Shown: positions 20,991 through 31,382, counted from the stretch's first letter. The stretch is 64,000 nt of DNA from Patescibacteria group bacterium (GCA_018819405.1 JAHJQF010000001.1:753469-817468); one strand, 5' to 3'. Numbers and translations: made by a program. The notes: generated from the sequence alone by a model not told the origin.

Positions 20991-22476
20991 TTTTTGGTCT
21001 CATTGTTGGAAATAAAATAACTTCTTTTATATTTTCAATATCGCCCAACATCATGACTAATCTGTCTATTCCAATACCTAGTCCGGCGGTCGGTGGCATA
21101 CCGTGCTTCAAAGCTTCTACAAAATCATCGTCAGCACCCTGTGCTTCTTCGTCACCTGCTTCTCTAAGCTGTTTTTGTTCGGCAAATCTTTTTTCTTGAT
21201 CTAGCGGATCATTGAGCTCAGAAAAAGCATTGCAAAGCTCTGCTGTCTTAACAACCAATTGAAATCTTTCTACATAATTTGGTCTATCAGGAATTTTTTT
21301 GGCTAGTGGGGAAATCTCTAACGGATGATTAATCAAAAATACAGGCTGAATCAATTTGGTGCGTACAAACTTTTTATACAATTCATCAAGCAGTTTTCCT
21401 CTGCCCCAAGTTTTGTCAGGCTTTAGGCCAGCTTTTTTGGCTATATCAAAGAGCTCTTTATCATCAGTTTTTTCCAAATCAATCTTTAGAGCTTTTTCCA
21501 GTGACTCTTTAAAATCAATTCTCGGATATGGAGCTTTAAAATCCAGAGTGTCTTGGCCATTTTTTATTTTGGTACTATTATTATTTATTTTCTTGACCAG
21601 CCAAGCCATAAAATTTTCTACCATGACCATATAATAATTGTAGTCTTTGTAAGCTTCATAAGCTTCAATCTGGGTAAACTCAGGATTGTGCTGATGGTCA
21701 ATACCTTCATTTCTAAAGCAACGGGCAATTTCATAGACTTTGTCATAACCGCCAATTATTAGTCTCTTGAGATACAATTCTGGTGCCACACGAAGGTACA
21801 AAGGAATATCCAAAGCATTGTGGTGCGTGATAAATGGCTTGGCAGTTGCTCCGGAGGCGATGTGCTGCAAAACAGGAGTATCTACCTCGGTATAAGCCAT
21901 ATTGTCAAAATATTCTCTGGTATATTTTATGATTTTACTCCTCAAATCAAAAACTTTTTTGACCTCTGGATTGACTAATAAATCAAGATATCTTTTGCGA
22001 AATCTGGTATCAGGGTCTTTGAGACCATAATACTCATTTGGCATTGGTTTTAAGGCTTTGGAAAGTAAAGTAATTTTTGATACCAAAATAGTCGGCTCTT
22101 TTGTTTTAGTTTCAAAAGCACAGCCAGTCAGCTCTACAAAATCTGCTTCATCAATATCTGTTTTGAAAAAAGCATATTCTTTTTCACCAACATTGTCTTT
22201 TCTTAAAAACGCCTGAACAGTTGCACTGCCATCACGAAAATGAAAAAATGAAGAACCACCCTGAATTCTGAGACTGATTATTCTACCACTTAGAATAATC
22301 TTTTTTTGCGATTTTAAAAGCTTGGTAAAATCATCCAAAAATTCTTGGGTGGACATATTGACTGAAGTCCTGGCTGGGTATGGCTCCAAACCAGCTTTTT
22401 TTATAGCTGATAGTTTGGACAAACGCAGTTTATATTGATCATTGATATTTGGGCTTTTTTCTTGATTTTTCAGCAT
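20983..22476 (-). CDS. lysS: lysine--tRNA ligase (class II)
   Basis: IARCFRNEGIDHQHNPEFTQIEAY and GLGIGIDRLVMML motifs. Confidence 0.9.
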   Translation of the reverse strand: MLKNQEKSPNINDQYKLRLSKLSAIKKAGLEPYPARTSVNMSTQEFLDDFTKLLKSQKKIILSGRIISLRIQGGSSFFHFRDGSATVQAFLRKDNVGEKEYAFFKTDIDEADFVELTGCAFETKTKEPTILVSKITLLSKALKPMPNEYYGLKDPDTRFRKRYLDLLVNPEVKKVFDLRSKIIKYTREYFDNMAYTEVDTPVLQHIASGATAKPFITHHNALDIPLYLRVAPELYLKRLIIGGYDKVYEIARCFRNEGIDHQHNPEFTQIEAYEAYKDYNYYMVMVENFMAWLVKKINNNSTKIKNGQDTLDFKAPYPRIDFKESLEKALKIDLEKTDDKELFDIAKKAGLKPDKTWGRGKLLDELYKKFVRTKLIQPVFLINHPLEISPLAKKIPDRPNYVERFQLVVKTAELCNAFSELNDPLDQEKRFAEQKQLREAGDEEAQGADDDFVEALKHGMPPTAGLGIGIDRLVMMLGDIENIKEVILFPTMRPKNE

Positions 22477-22537
22477 AATATTAAAAAATAATTACATGAT
22501 AATAATACCCAAAATCGGGTTAAAAATCAAGGCAAAA

Positions 22538-23347
22538 TTAAGCCACTTTTGGCAATTTTTTACCTTTAAATTTACGAAGGTATTTTATAAAACTTATAAC
22601 ATGATTTCTGGCTGATTTGGAAAATAAGGTCTTTGGCAGACTTTCCGAAGCTGATTGACGACGATGAAGATGGATTACTTCGGCCTGACCAATATAGGCA
22701 ACTTTATAATTGTTTTCCCAAAAACGTCTAGACCAATCAAGATCTTCCATATACATAAAATATCTTTCATCCAACAAACCGACAGTTTGTAAAGCCTCTT
22801 TCCTAACAATCAAACAAGCGCCAAAAAGAGCCGGCACATAGCTATTTTTACTGTGATCCAAATCTTTCATCAGATATTTGTGAAGCCATTTTTGACCAGA
22901 CTTGGTATCTCCAAGAGAAGTACGTCTGTACAAAGGCAATTTCCAGTCAGGAAACTCTGTGCAAGAGTATTGAACAGACTTATCCGCATTAATTAGCCTA
23001 GGTCCAGCCAGTCCTACCTCAGGATGTCTTTCCATATACTGATACATCTTATCAATTGCATCTGATAATATTGCCAAATCAGGATTCATAACTAAAATAT
23101 ATTTTCCACTAGCTCTTTTGATACCCAGATTGTTGCCGGCTGCAAAACCTCCATTAATATCAGACTGCACAAAATGGACTTCAGGAAACTTCTCCTCTAT
23201 AATTTCTTTTATACCATCATAAGAAGCATTATCCACTACGATTATTTCATATTCATAGGGAATATTGATCTCATGAATAATATTTTTCAAGAGCTCTTTG
23301 GTTAAATTTTTATTATGATAATTTAAAATTATTATTGATAAATCCAT
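22538..23347 (-). CDS. family 2 glycosyltransferase
   Basis: N-terminal LSIIILNYHN...VVDNASYDG (GT-A DxD-type) pattern. Confidence 0.75.
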   Translation of the reverse strand: MDLSIIILNYHNKNLTKELLKNIIHEINIPYEYEIIVVDNASYDGIKEIIEEKFPEVHFVQSDINGGFAAGNNLGIKRASGKYILVMNPDLAILSDAIDKMYQYMERHPEVGLAGPRLINADKSVQYSCTEFPDWKLPLYRRTSLGDTKSGQKWLHKYLMKDLDHSKNSYVPALFGACLIVRKEALQTVGLLDERYFMYMEDLDWSRRFWENNYKVAYIGQAEVIHLHRRQSASESLPKTLFSKSARNHVISFIKYLRKFKGKKLPKVA

Positions 23348-23349
23348 AA

Positions 23350-24348
23350 TTATTTTTCAAACCATTTATAAATATCGTCTGCCTCAATTTTTCTATGTTT
23401 GGCAATATATTTTTTTTTGTCTTTAATTTTTGGTATCATTTTTATATACTCTGATAATCCTGACAATGTAGATCTTTCAAAAAACAAAAGATACATAAAT
23501 TTTTTAAACTCATACCATTTTATATATGGCCAGTCACGCCACAAATTTTTTAAATATGAATTTTTATATATTGTCAAAAAATGATTACGATAAGAAAGTT
23601 TATTGGCCATGCCCCTACTCTTTCTGCTCTGGCGCAAATCTTTACCTTTGGATACAGAACGATGATGATATGCTTTGGTAGTAGCAATCAACCAATTTTG
23701 CCAGCCAAAAAGCCTGAGGCGCCAAGCCAAGTCCACATCTTCCTTATAAGCGAAAAAAAAATCATCAAAACATTCTAAATGATTATCCTTGGCCTGCCAA
23801 GCAACCTGATCAATAGACCGACGACGATACAAAGTAGCTGCCGCTGACAAACCAAACACCTCCTGACTAGGTAAACTAAAATCCTCTTTACCCTGATAAG
23901 CATCAACTACTTGCCTCTTTCTGTCTATTTTGAGGCCGTATGAATCAATTATTTTGGTCTTTAAACCATTATCAAAATCCCAATACATTAATTTTCCCGC
24001 ACAACTGGCTGCTTTGGTATTAGTATCTAAAAATTCAACTAATTTACTCAGATAATCGGGCTCCAAAATAATATCTTGATTTATGACAAAAACATAATCA
24101 GAGTCTGACCAATTGATAAGCAAGTTATGCCCTCTGGCAAAACCAAGATTCTTTTTTTGTTCTATTATTCTGGCGTGCGGATGATGCTCCCTGACTATAG
24201 CCACAGAATTGTCACTTGAGGCATTATCTAATACCAAAAGATCCCAGTCCTTAAAATTTTGCTCATGCAAACTTTTTAGAAGCCATGGTAAATAACGCTC
24301 GCCGTTATAGGTCAGTAAACTAATAATAACTTTTTTTTTCTTTTGCAT
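23350..24348 (-). CDS. family 2 glycosyltransferase
   Basis: ISLLTYNGERYL...LVLDNASSDNS pattern. Confidence 0.75.
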   Translation of the reverse strand: MQKKKKVIISLLTYNGERYLPWLLKSLHEQNFKDWDLLVLDNASSDNSVAIVREHHPHARIIEQKKNLGFARGHNLLINWSDSDYVFVINQDIILEPDYLSKLVEFLDTNTKAASCAGKLMYWDFDNGLKTKIIDSYGLKIDRKRQVVDAYQGKEDFSLPSQEVFGLSAAATLYRRRSIDQVAWQAKDNHLECFDDFFFAYKEDVDLAWRLRLFGWQNWLIATTKAYHHRSVSKGKDLRQSRKSRGMANKLSYRNHFLTIYKNSYLKNLWRDWPYIKWYEFKKFMYLLFFERSTLSGLSEYIKMIPKIKDKKKYIAKHRKIEADDIYKWFEK

Positions 24349-25765
24349 ATGTAGTAAATATAACTATAGAGATCATTAATAATCCCAGACCCAAAGGATG
24401 ATTTATATAAGGAGTAAAAATATGAATTATTATTAGGCTAGTAATAGCACTCAATATAGAAAGCACGCTTATTGGATCCTTATTGAGTATTTTATACCCT
24501 CTCTGATATATTTGCCAGAGCCATATAAAAAATACAAGGATAATACCCAAACCTGCTTTGAGCCACATATCGAGCCAGCCCCATTCAAAAGCATAGGTGG
24601 TATATGTGCCGTCAGGATTATTGTCATTTTTGATCCTAGGGTCAGATGACTGATAGGTCAATTCACGGCCAAAACCAGAGCCAATAATAATATTTTCCCC
24701 TATCGCCTTTTTCATAGGACCCAAAAGCTGACTACGACTACTAGCTGCTGCCTCGCTACTATCTACAGTCCTCTGATAAAATATATTAAAGCCGTGATAT
24801 TTTGGTGTATTATAAAAAAATAAAACTATCAAGCTACTTGAAATAAGTAAAACAAAAAGCCAAACAAAAATATAAACCGATAAATGTTTTTTTTGGTAAA
24901 AGAAAATATTGATCAATAAAAACACCAGTCCAACAAATGCACCCAGCCAAAAACTACGCGATAGACTTATTAATAATGCCGCCGAAATCAAACTAAGTAA
25001 CAAAAAATTTGTTTTGTTTTTAAAATCTTTTATCTGATACAAAAACATATAAAACCAGGCCAACAAAAGATAAAATTGTGATTGGAAAAATATCCTAAAA
25101 AATCCCTGCCCAAAAGGTGTAATCTCACCTGTCCTAGTATCACGGATCCACTTGTATATCAAATTGGTATTCAAAAAAGAATAATCTGCCACAAAAATAT
25201 TAAAAATAATAACAGTCTTTAGGGCTATGATAATGGCCGCCGCTTTTATAATCTCAAAAAACTCTGCCACAAAATTACTTTCAAAAATCTGATACCAAAC
25301 TGGTAAATAAAAAAGATATAAATAAGCATTGGCATCAAAAAATATATTGGCTATTGGATAAGACTTCAAGTAGCCATTTAAAACTCCGGCGGCAACAAAC
25401 ACCAATAAAAATAAAAAAATAAATAATAAGGTTCCGTCTTTTAGTATTTTCCAATTTCTAAAATTTATATTTTTGACAAACCAGACAAAAATAACCGCCA
25501 AAAATATAGACAATCGTAAATTAAAATAACCATATTCAAAGCCGTGCCCTAATGAGCCCCAGGCTAACTCGGCAATCGGTATATAAAAATAATATCTAGA
25601 ATCTTTGAAACACAAAATCACAGTGACTAGTGCCGTCAAAATTAAAATATAAAGATTAAGCTGGCTAAAATTATAGGCCAGCCAAGACAAAAATTCCAAA
25701 ATTATAAATCCGGAAAGATAGTATAGATATTTATTATTTGTATTTATTTTTGAGAAAAATGACAT
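24320..25765 (-). CDS. polytopic membrane protein, O-antigen polymerase/ligase (Wzy)-like
   Basis: About 10-12 hydrophobic segments. Sits between glycosyltransferases and a flippase. No diagnostic motif, so the call is by context. Confidence 0.4.
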   Translation of the reverse strand: MSFFSKINTNNKYLYYLSGFIILEFLSWLAYNFSQLNLYILILTALVTVILCFKDSRYYFYIPIAELAWGSLGHGFEYGYFNLRLSIFLAVIFVWFVKNINFRNWKILKDGTLLFIFLFLLVFVAAGVLNGYLKSYPIANIFFDANAYLYLFYLPVWYQIFESNFVAEFFEIIKAAAIIIALKTVIIFNIFVADYSFLNTNLIYKWIRDTRTGEITPFGQGFFRIFFQSQFYLLLAWFYMFLYQIKDFKNKTNFLLLSLISAALLISLSRSFWLGAFVGLVFLLINIFFYQKKHLSVYIFVWLFVLLISSSLIVLFFYNTPKYHGFNIFYQRTVDSSEAAASSRSQLLGPMKKAIGENIIIGSGFGRELTYQSSDPRIKNDNNPDGTYTTYAFEWGWLDMWLKAGLGIILVFFIWLWQIYQRGYKILNKDPISVLSILSAITSLIIIHIFTPYINHPLGLGLLMISIVIFTTYAKEKKSYY

Positions 25766-26603
25766 AAAAAACTGTCAACAAAATATTTATAGGTATAATC
25801 AACAAAATAATTAACCACTCTATGAAAGGTTTGTGTTTGAAAAAATATCTGAGTATACTTTTATTAAATATTATCTGTTTGCGCAAACTGTTTCTCTGGC
25901 TAAAACTTTCTCCACCCTTGTGAATGATAGTGGCATAAGGTATATATTTTATCTTGAGTCCAGCTTGTACAGCCCGCAAACAAAAATCAACCTCTTCAAA
26001 CCATATAAAAAATTTCTCATCAAATTTTCCAATCTTTTCAAAGACATTTCGCCTGATAAGCATTGCCGCCCCCATTATCTGCTCCACCTCCTGCTCCTTG
26101 CTATAATTAAAATCATTGGCTAAATAATTGGACAATAACTTATTGTCTACCAAAATATTTTTGAGCTTTAACATAATTAATATCTGAGACAATAAATCAG
26201 GAAAACGCCTAACTGAGGACTGATTAGATCCATCAGGGTTGATAATTTTTGGCCCTACTATATCTACACTAGGATTATTTTTAAAATATTTTAATGCTTC
26301 CTCAAAAAAACCATCAGTAACTTCTGTATCTGGATTGAGCAAAAAAATTATATCCGCATGCGCCTGCTCTAAAGCTAAATTATTGGCCGCGGCAAAACCA
26401 ATATTTTGTGGTAGAGCTATCATTCTGATCATTGGATATTCCATCATTACCATCTCTGAAGTACCGTCTGCAGAATCATTGTCTACCACTATTATTTCTA
26501 ATTGCTTGTTGCCAGTCTCAGCCAAAATAGAATTGAGACATTTTTCTAATAATGCCCTGACTTTCCAATTAACTATGATTATTGATACATCCGGTCTTGT
26601 CAT
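25734..26603 (-). CDS. family 2 glycosyltransferase
   Basis: VSIIIVNWK...IVVDNDSADGT pattern. Confidence 0.75.
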   Translation of the reverse strand: MTRPDVSIIIVNWKVRALLEKCLNSILAETGNKQLEIIVVDNDSADGTSEMVMMEYPMIRMIALPQNIGFAAANNLALEQAHADIIFLLNPDTEVTDGFFEEALKYFKNNPSVDIVGPKIINPDGSNQSSVRRFPDLLSQILIMLKLKNILVDNKLLSNYLANDFNYSKEQEVEQIMGAAMLIRRNVFEKIGKFDEKFFIWFEEVDFCLRAVQAGLKIKYIPYATIIHKGGESFSQRNSLRKQIIFNKSILRYFFKHKPFIEWLIILLIIPINILLTVFYVIFLKNKYK

Positions 26604-26605
26604 AT

Positions 26606-27775
26606 CTAATTTAGCTTATTGTCTATAAGATCCAACATTTTTGATACTGTATTAAACCAAGAAAATTTCTTTACGAATTCCTGACGAACAGCTTGTTTTT
26701 CTGCATTGTCTGATGACAACTCATCATTCATTTTTTGATTAAAATCAGCATAATCTTTGGCGGTTGAAATTATTTCTTGGACATTTTCTGTACCAATATT
26801 TTCGGTAGCCACCACTGGCTTGCCACAAGCTAAATATTCATACATTTTCATAGGATTGGTACTAGCTGAAAATCCGGCTGTCTTGTGCGGTATAATACCC
26901 ACATCAAATTGCTGTATATATATAGGGGCATCACTATATTTTTTGTAGCCCAAAAAAAATATATTTTCTTCTTTTTCAAGCTCTGCTTTTTTGCTTTCCT
27001 GTTCAGCCCAGACCGGACCGACCAATACAACAGATTTGTCCCGATTATGCTCAGCTAAATATTTTACCAAATCAAGATCTACCTTATCCTGAATCACGCC
27101 TAGATAACCAATTATTGGCTTTTTTATATCAGCAATATCACGATTAATCAGAGCAAATTTTTTATTGTAATGTTTGATATCAACTCCGTTTGGCATCCAA
27201 TATACATTTGGCTGATCATCAAAAAAATTGGTCAGATTTTTTGACACTACAAATATCAAATCAGCTGAATCCTTGATTGTCTCATAAGATTTTTTGAGTT
27301 TATCTGTATATTTGTTATAAGAAGAATGAAGTAACCAATTGTCAACTGCATCAAAGACTGTCAGCTTCTGACCAAAATTGTCCCAATGTGGAGCAATGAA
27401 AGGATAATATGACCACAACACTAAATTACCAAAGTTGAGGTCAATTGCCATTTTTTTGACACGCTTGATAGTATTTTTTGGTCTAAGCCAAAAATCAATA
27501 TCAGTATAAATATATAATTTTTCAGAAACCTTAGAAACTTTGTAAGTTAAACCCCTTTTTATTGTTTTTGAATCTTTAATATTGAGTACCAAATCTTCTT
27601 TGTAAGCCCGGATTGATCGCTTTAGATTCAAGGGCAAATAATCAACCGCCAATATCTTGCCAATTTCTTCACGGTTACTAAGCTCACATAAAATATGATA
27701 ATTACGGTTGGAAACGCCCTCATCCCATTCGGAATAATTGGACATATTAAATATGACTAAATCAAATTTTTTCAT
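26606..27775 (-). CDS. GT-B fold glycosyltransferase (GT4-like)
   Basis: C-terminal EX7E-type region FLGYKK...PHK...MKMYEYLACGKPVVAT. Confidence 0.65.
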   Translation of the reverse strand: MKKFDLVIFNMSNYSEWDEGVSNRNYHILCELSNREEIGKILAVDYLPLNLKRSIRAYKEDLVLNIKDSKTIKRGLTYKVSKVSEKLYIYTDIDFWLRPKNTIKRVKKMAIDLNFGNLVLWSYYPFIAPHWDNFGQKLTVFDAVDNWLLHSSYNKYTDKLKKSYETIKDSADLIFVVSKNLTNFFDDQPNVYWMPNGVDIKHYNKKFALINRDIADIKKPIIGYLGVIQDKVDLDLVKYLAEHNRDKSVVLVGPVWAEQESKKAELEKEENIFFLGYKKYSDAPIYIQQFDVGIIPHKTAGFSASTNPMKMYEYLACGKPVVATENIGTENVQEIISTAKDYADFNQKMNDELSSDNAEKQAVRQEFVKKFSWFNTVSKMLDLIDNKLN

Positions 27776-27778
27776 ATA

Positions 27779-28879
27779 TTATTGTAAAATCTGCTTTAAA
27801 ATGTCGCTTTTTCTGCTAACATTATTAAAATTTTGTATTATTTGATAAGCTCTATCTGACAGTTTATCAGCTTCTTTTTTATTTTTCAACAAATATCTCA
27901 AATGTCTGTTTAGCTGACGAACATCAGCATTTTCAACCATCAATACATCATCTGGACTAAATATTTCTGTCACTCCGCCTCTGGCTCCGCAAATGATGGG
28001 AATATGCATATTGGCCGCTTCCAAATAAACAATCCCCAAACCCTCTATATCACCTTCTTCTGACCTATGAGGCATCACAAATACATCAGACATTTTATAA
28101 AAATATATTTTTTCCTGATCTTTAATATTTTCAAAGAGAAAAACTTTTTTATTCAAATTTTTTTCTTTTATCAATTTTTTAATATTATCTTTTTCCGGAC
28201 CAGAACCAACAATAAAATATTTTATGTTATATTCGTCTTTTAACTGACTGATAGCATCTATGACTAAATCATGCCCCTTTCTCTTGACTAAGCGGCCAAC
28301 TGTCAACAATATTTTTTCACCATCTTTGATATCCAATTTTTTCCTAAAAGCCTCCAATACCCTAGTATCATACTTATCAACCAAATCAACACTGGGATAA
28401 ATAAGGCTTATCTTTTTTTCATCCAGATCAAGACCTTTTAGCGACAAAGCTGTACTCTGACTATTTACAATAATGTGTTTTGCATTGTGCAATATCTTTT
28501 TGGTTAATTCTGGCTTATTTTTTAAAGCCAAATTTATATCCAGACCATGCAAAGATATGATGTAAGGTATTTTCAGAAAATATGCTACGCTGCCGAGTGG
28601 CAAAATATTTGGCGTAAAAATTTGTTCTATACTATTTTCTTTTATAATTTTTTTTAATTTCAAAATAGATAATCCCCAACTTGGTTTGACTAGCGGCCAA
28701 CGCAATCTCGTGTTTATAATATTATCATGTGACTTTACTTCTTTATGATCTGTTAATACCAAATAATCATCTTTATTATAATCCTTAAATAAATTATAAA
28801 CATAGCGGGCCACTCCCCCTTTGAAAGGATAATATTCGTGAGTTAAAACCAAAGTTTTTTTCATTCCCTTAAAAATCAT
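27779..28879 (-). CDS. GT4 family glycosyltransferase
   Basis: LLTVGRLVKRKGHDL...VFVMPHRSEEGDIEGLGIVYLEAANMHIPIICGARGG. Confidence 0.75.
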   Translation of the reverse strand: MIFKGMKKTLVLTHEYYPFKGGVARYVYNLFKDYNKDDYLVLTDHKEVKSHDNIINTRLRWPLVKPSWGLSILKLKKIIKENSIEQIFTPNILPLGSVAYFLKIPYIISLHGLDINLALKNKPELTKKILHNAKHIIVNSQSTALSLKGLDLDEKKISLIYPSVDLVDKYDTRVLEAFRKKLDIKDGEKILLTVGRLVKRKGHDLVIDAISQLKDEYNIKYFIVGSGPEKDNIKKLIKEKNLNKKVFLFENIKDQEKIYFYKMSDVFVMPHRSEEGDIEGLGIVYLEAANMHIPIICGARGGVTEIFSPDDVLMVENADVRQLNRHLRYLLKNKKEADKLSDRAYQIIQNFNNVSRKSDILKQILQ

Positions 28880-30321
28880 GAAGTCTTAAAAAATGATTTT
28901 TTCAAACTCATTATATCAGCTTGTGACATGGTCTTAGTTGTAAACATAATAACTATATAAACCAACGCCCCTAGGACAATTGTAAAATACCAACTCATAA
29001 AATCTTTTAAATATATAACTACAAAATACATTATCAAAGAAGACAAAAATGAGCCTAAAATAGGCAAAAAATAACGCCATTTTAACTGAGCAATATGCGC
29101 CACAATAAATAAATTTAGAGAAAATAATAATACTGTACTCATGGTAGAAGCCAGACTAGCCCCCCAGATACCAAAGCGTGGGATGAAAAATAAATTTAAA
29201 ATTACATTAAAGGCCATGACTAAACCCAAATTCCTAGTATTTGTTTTTTCACGTCCTGAGGCATTCAAAAAACTGGACAGAGAAAAATTGATAAACAAAA
29301 ACGGAATGGAGGCAATAAGCACCTGTAGTGGAAAAACAGAAAAGCTAAACTCGGAAGTATAAAGATATGGCACTATCTGATGAGCTAAAGCAATAATGCC
29401 AAAGCTAATGGGCAAGGAAATGAAGGCTAAATAATTAAAAGCTTTACTAAAAACTTGCCTTAGTTTGGCCTGATCATTTTTGAAAAAATCTGTAAAAGCC
29501 GGGTAAAGAGCGGCCACAAATGCCAGTGGTATAAATTGCAAAGCAAAAGTTATCTTGTAGGCAATACTATAGAAACCTACTTCTTCATCACCAAGATATA
29601 TTTTCAACAAAAATGTGTCCATATAAGCATAAATCTTGGCAAAAATTGCCGCTAAGGCAAAAGGCAAGGCTACCTTGATAATTTTTTTGGCCAATCCTTT
29701 GTCAAAATATATTGCTGGTTTGACATGGAATTTATTCAAAAGTATCAGGAAGGAATAAATCATATTAAACAAACTAGCTGTCAACAAAACTGTGAGTAAT
29801 ATAAAAACATCAGTAGTAAATTGCAATAAGCTAAGACCCATCACAATCACAATAACTTGAAAGATTATAGTACCCCATGATTCCCATTTTAGACTTTGCT
29901 TGCCTCGAATATACGCATAAAAAAATAAAGTAAAACTATCTATCACAATAATTGCCGTAGTCAGATAAATAAGGTTTCTGACAGCGTCATTATAAAAAAT
30001 AATAGTATCTAAAAAATAAATCACAATGACCGTCACTAAAGCAAGCAATAACTTAAAAGTAAAAATCTGATCAAACCACCTTTTGGTATCATTATTTTCT
30101 TTGGCAGTCTCTCTGATAAGTAGTGGCGACATACCTAGATCAGAGATAACTGCAAACATAGTAGCAAAAGAAATAGCAAAAAAATACTGCCCAGTAGCCC
30201 CAACTCCCAGAGCTCTAGCTAAAAGAGTAAAATACACAAAAGACAGCACCTTTTGCAGTATAAGAGCTGTCATAAAAAAACTAGTGTTGGCAGTGATTTT
30301 TTGGGCGCTTACCATACCCAT
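28876..30321 (-). CDS. oligosaccharide flippase (Wzx/MOP superfamily)
   Basis: 481 aa with about 12-14 TM segments. First gene of the glycan operon. Confidence 0.65.
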   Translation of the reverse strand: MGMVSAQKITANTSFFMTALILQKVLSFVYFTLLARALGVGATGQYFFAISFATMFAVISDLGMSPLLIRETAKENNDTKRWFDQIFTFKLLLALVTVIVIYFLDTIIFYNDAVRNLIYLTTAIIVIDSFTLFFYAYIRGKQSLKWESWGTIIFQVIVIVMGLSLLQFTTDVFILLTVLLTASLFNMIYSFLILLNKFHVKPAIYFDKGLAKKIIKVALPFALAAIFAKIYAYMDTFLLKIYLGDEEVGFYSIAYKITFALQFIPLAFVAALYPAFTDFFKNDQAKLRQVFSKAFNYLAFISLPISFGIIALAHQIVPYLYTSEFSFSVFPLQVLIASIPFLFINFSLSSFLNASGREKTNTRNLGLVMAFNVILNLFFIPRFGIWGASLASTMSTVLLFSLNLFIVAHIAQLKWRYFLPILGSFLSSLIMYFVVIYLKDFMSWYFTIVLGALVYIVIMFTTKTMSQADIMSLKKSFFKTS

Positions 30322-30440
30322 TAGGCAATTAATTATTGAGTATATTTAAGACATTTGTCCCATTAATTTTCTAACGGGATATAGCCACATTATATCAGAA
30401 AACCCAACAAAAATAAATCTTTTTGGTGTTTTTATCTCTA

Positions 30441-30469
30441 TTGACAAAAATGATATATTATGATATAGT
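30441..30469 (+). promoter_or_regulatory. near-consensus sigma70 promoter (island 1)
   Basis: TTGACA(30441-46), 17 nt (aaaatgatatattaTGa), TATAGT(30464-69). A TG sits at -15/-14 (extended -10). Confidence 0.6.
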
Positions 30470-30570
30470 ATAGATGATATCTATCGGCGGAGACACCCTC
30501 CTCCTAAAATTGTTCACCGCAACGGAAGGTACGTGTCATAAAAATCGGAACCGTACTTCTCATTACCAAC

Positions 30571-30780
30571 GTGATCTCTGGAGCCACCAACTTCATCTGT
30601 GCCTGCACCCTGTGCAAGATGATTATGTCCACGGACAAGATCGATAAACCGCTGGAGAATTTCCTGAGCATCCTGATCATGGTAATGCTTATGGGTGGTA
30701 TCACGAGCATCATCCACTCGATTATCTGGGTCCTCCAGGACACCATCGGCAAGGAAAATCGTACTCACAACGGTGGCTAA
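30571..30780 (+). CDS. small hydrophobic ORF (one TM). GTG start at 30571, or ATG at 30619. GC-rich foreign composition.
   Basis: Third codon positions are overwhelmingly G/C in this frame and poor in the overlapping frame. ILIMVMLMGGITSIIHSIIWVL is a TM helix. No SD was found before either start, so the start and even the translation are uncertain. Confidence 0.35.
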   Translation: MISGATNFICACTLCKMIMSTDKIDKPLENFLSILIMVMLMGGITSIIHSIIWVLQDTIGKENRTHNGG

Positions 30781-30802
30781 TCCACCAGAAGGGAAGTATA
30801 CA

Positions 30803-31288
30803 ATGGAACTGAAATTCGGACCCCGATCCCAGGCCTCGTTGTTCCTGACCTCCTTCGGCATCGGCAACATATTCTGGCAGCTGCCCTGGTGGGTCAACGC
30901 CATCCTGATCGTCTTCGGCCTCCTGCTCGGCGCCGCCTACCACATGAGCAACGAGAAACGCTACATCCTGTGGCCCCAGGCCATCAACAACCCGCACACG
31001 GGTAATGTAGCCCCCAGCGCCAAGTTCGACTTCTCTGGCCTAATGAAGGTCGAGCGCGAGCACCTAGCAGCTCGGATCGTCAGATACTGCCGCCACAATG
31101 GAAACAGCTGGGCGCATTTCACCTATGACGATCTGATCAAGTTCGTCAAATCTACGGAAGGTGCTTCTGCCTTTCCTCGGGTCAGTGTGACTGACCTGGA
31201 CTGGATGCAGAGCTATGGTCTGCTCAACCGCGTCTGCGGAATGTACGTTGTTAGCGACGAGTTCGTCCGCCGCTACTACCGAGGATAG
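30803..31288 (+). CDS. hypothetical membrane-anchored protein, 161 aa (GC-rich island 1)
   Basis: SD AAGGGAAG sits 6 nt before ATG 30803. Strong GC3 codon bias. N-terminal TM (WWVNAILIVFGLLLGAAY) plus a ~110-aa soluble domain. Stop TAG 31286-88 is followed immediately by terminators. The track ORF start at 30695 was rejected because its N-terminus has poor GC3 and overlaps the small ORF. Confidence 0.55.
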   Translation: MELKFGPRSQASLFLTSFGIGNIFWQLPWWVNAILIVFGLLLGAAYHMSNEKRYILWPQAINNPHTGNVAPSAKFDFSGLMKVEREHLAARIVRYCRHNGNSWAHFTYDDLIKFVKSTEGASAFPRVSVTDLDWMQSYGLLNRVCGMYVVSDEFVRRYYRG

Positions 31289-31312
31289 CCTCCACCATCG
31301 AGGCCTCCGACT

Positions 31313-31346
31313 GCCGCCCCGGCATCACAACTGGGGCGGCTTTTTT
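31313..31346 (+). terminator. rho-independent terminator (island 1, first)
   Basis: GCCGCCCC-ggcatcacaact-GGGGCGGC followed by tttttt. Confidence 0.7.
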
Positions 31347-31357
31347 AACCCCCTAAA

Positions 31358-31382
31358 TCCCCCTTTACAGGGGGACTTTTTG
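31358..31382 (+). terminator. rho-independent terminator (island 1, second, tandem)
   Basis: CCCCCT-ttac-AGGGGG followed by actttttg. Confidence 0.55.

Noticed and set aside
30695-30802. N-terminal extension of the 197-aa track ORF (MVSRASSTRLSG...)
   Set aside because: This segment overlaps the small ORF in another frame and has poor third-position GC bias. A proper SD precedes ATG 30803 instead.
30504-30997. Minus-strand ORFs in island 1 (30514..30903 -, 30722..30997 -, 30504..30752 -)
   Set aside because: There is no promoter at the high-coordinate end. All terminators and the promoter are oriented for + strand expression, and the + frames show the cleaner GC3 codon bias.
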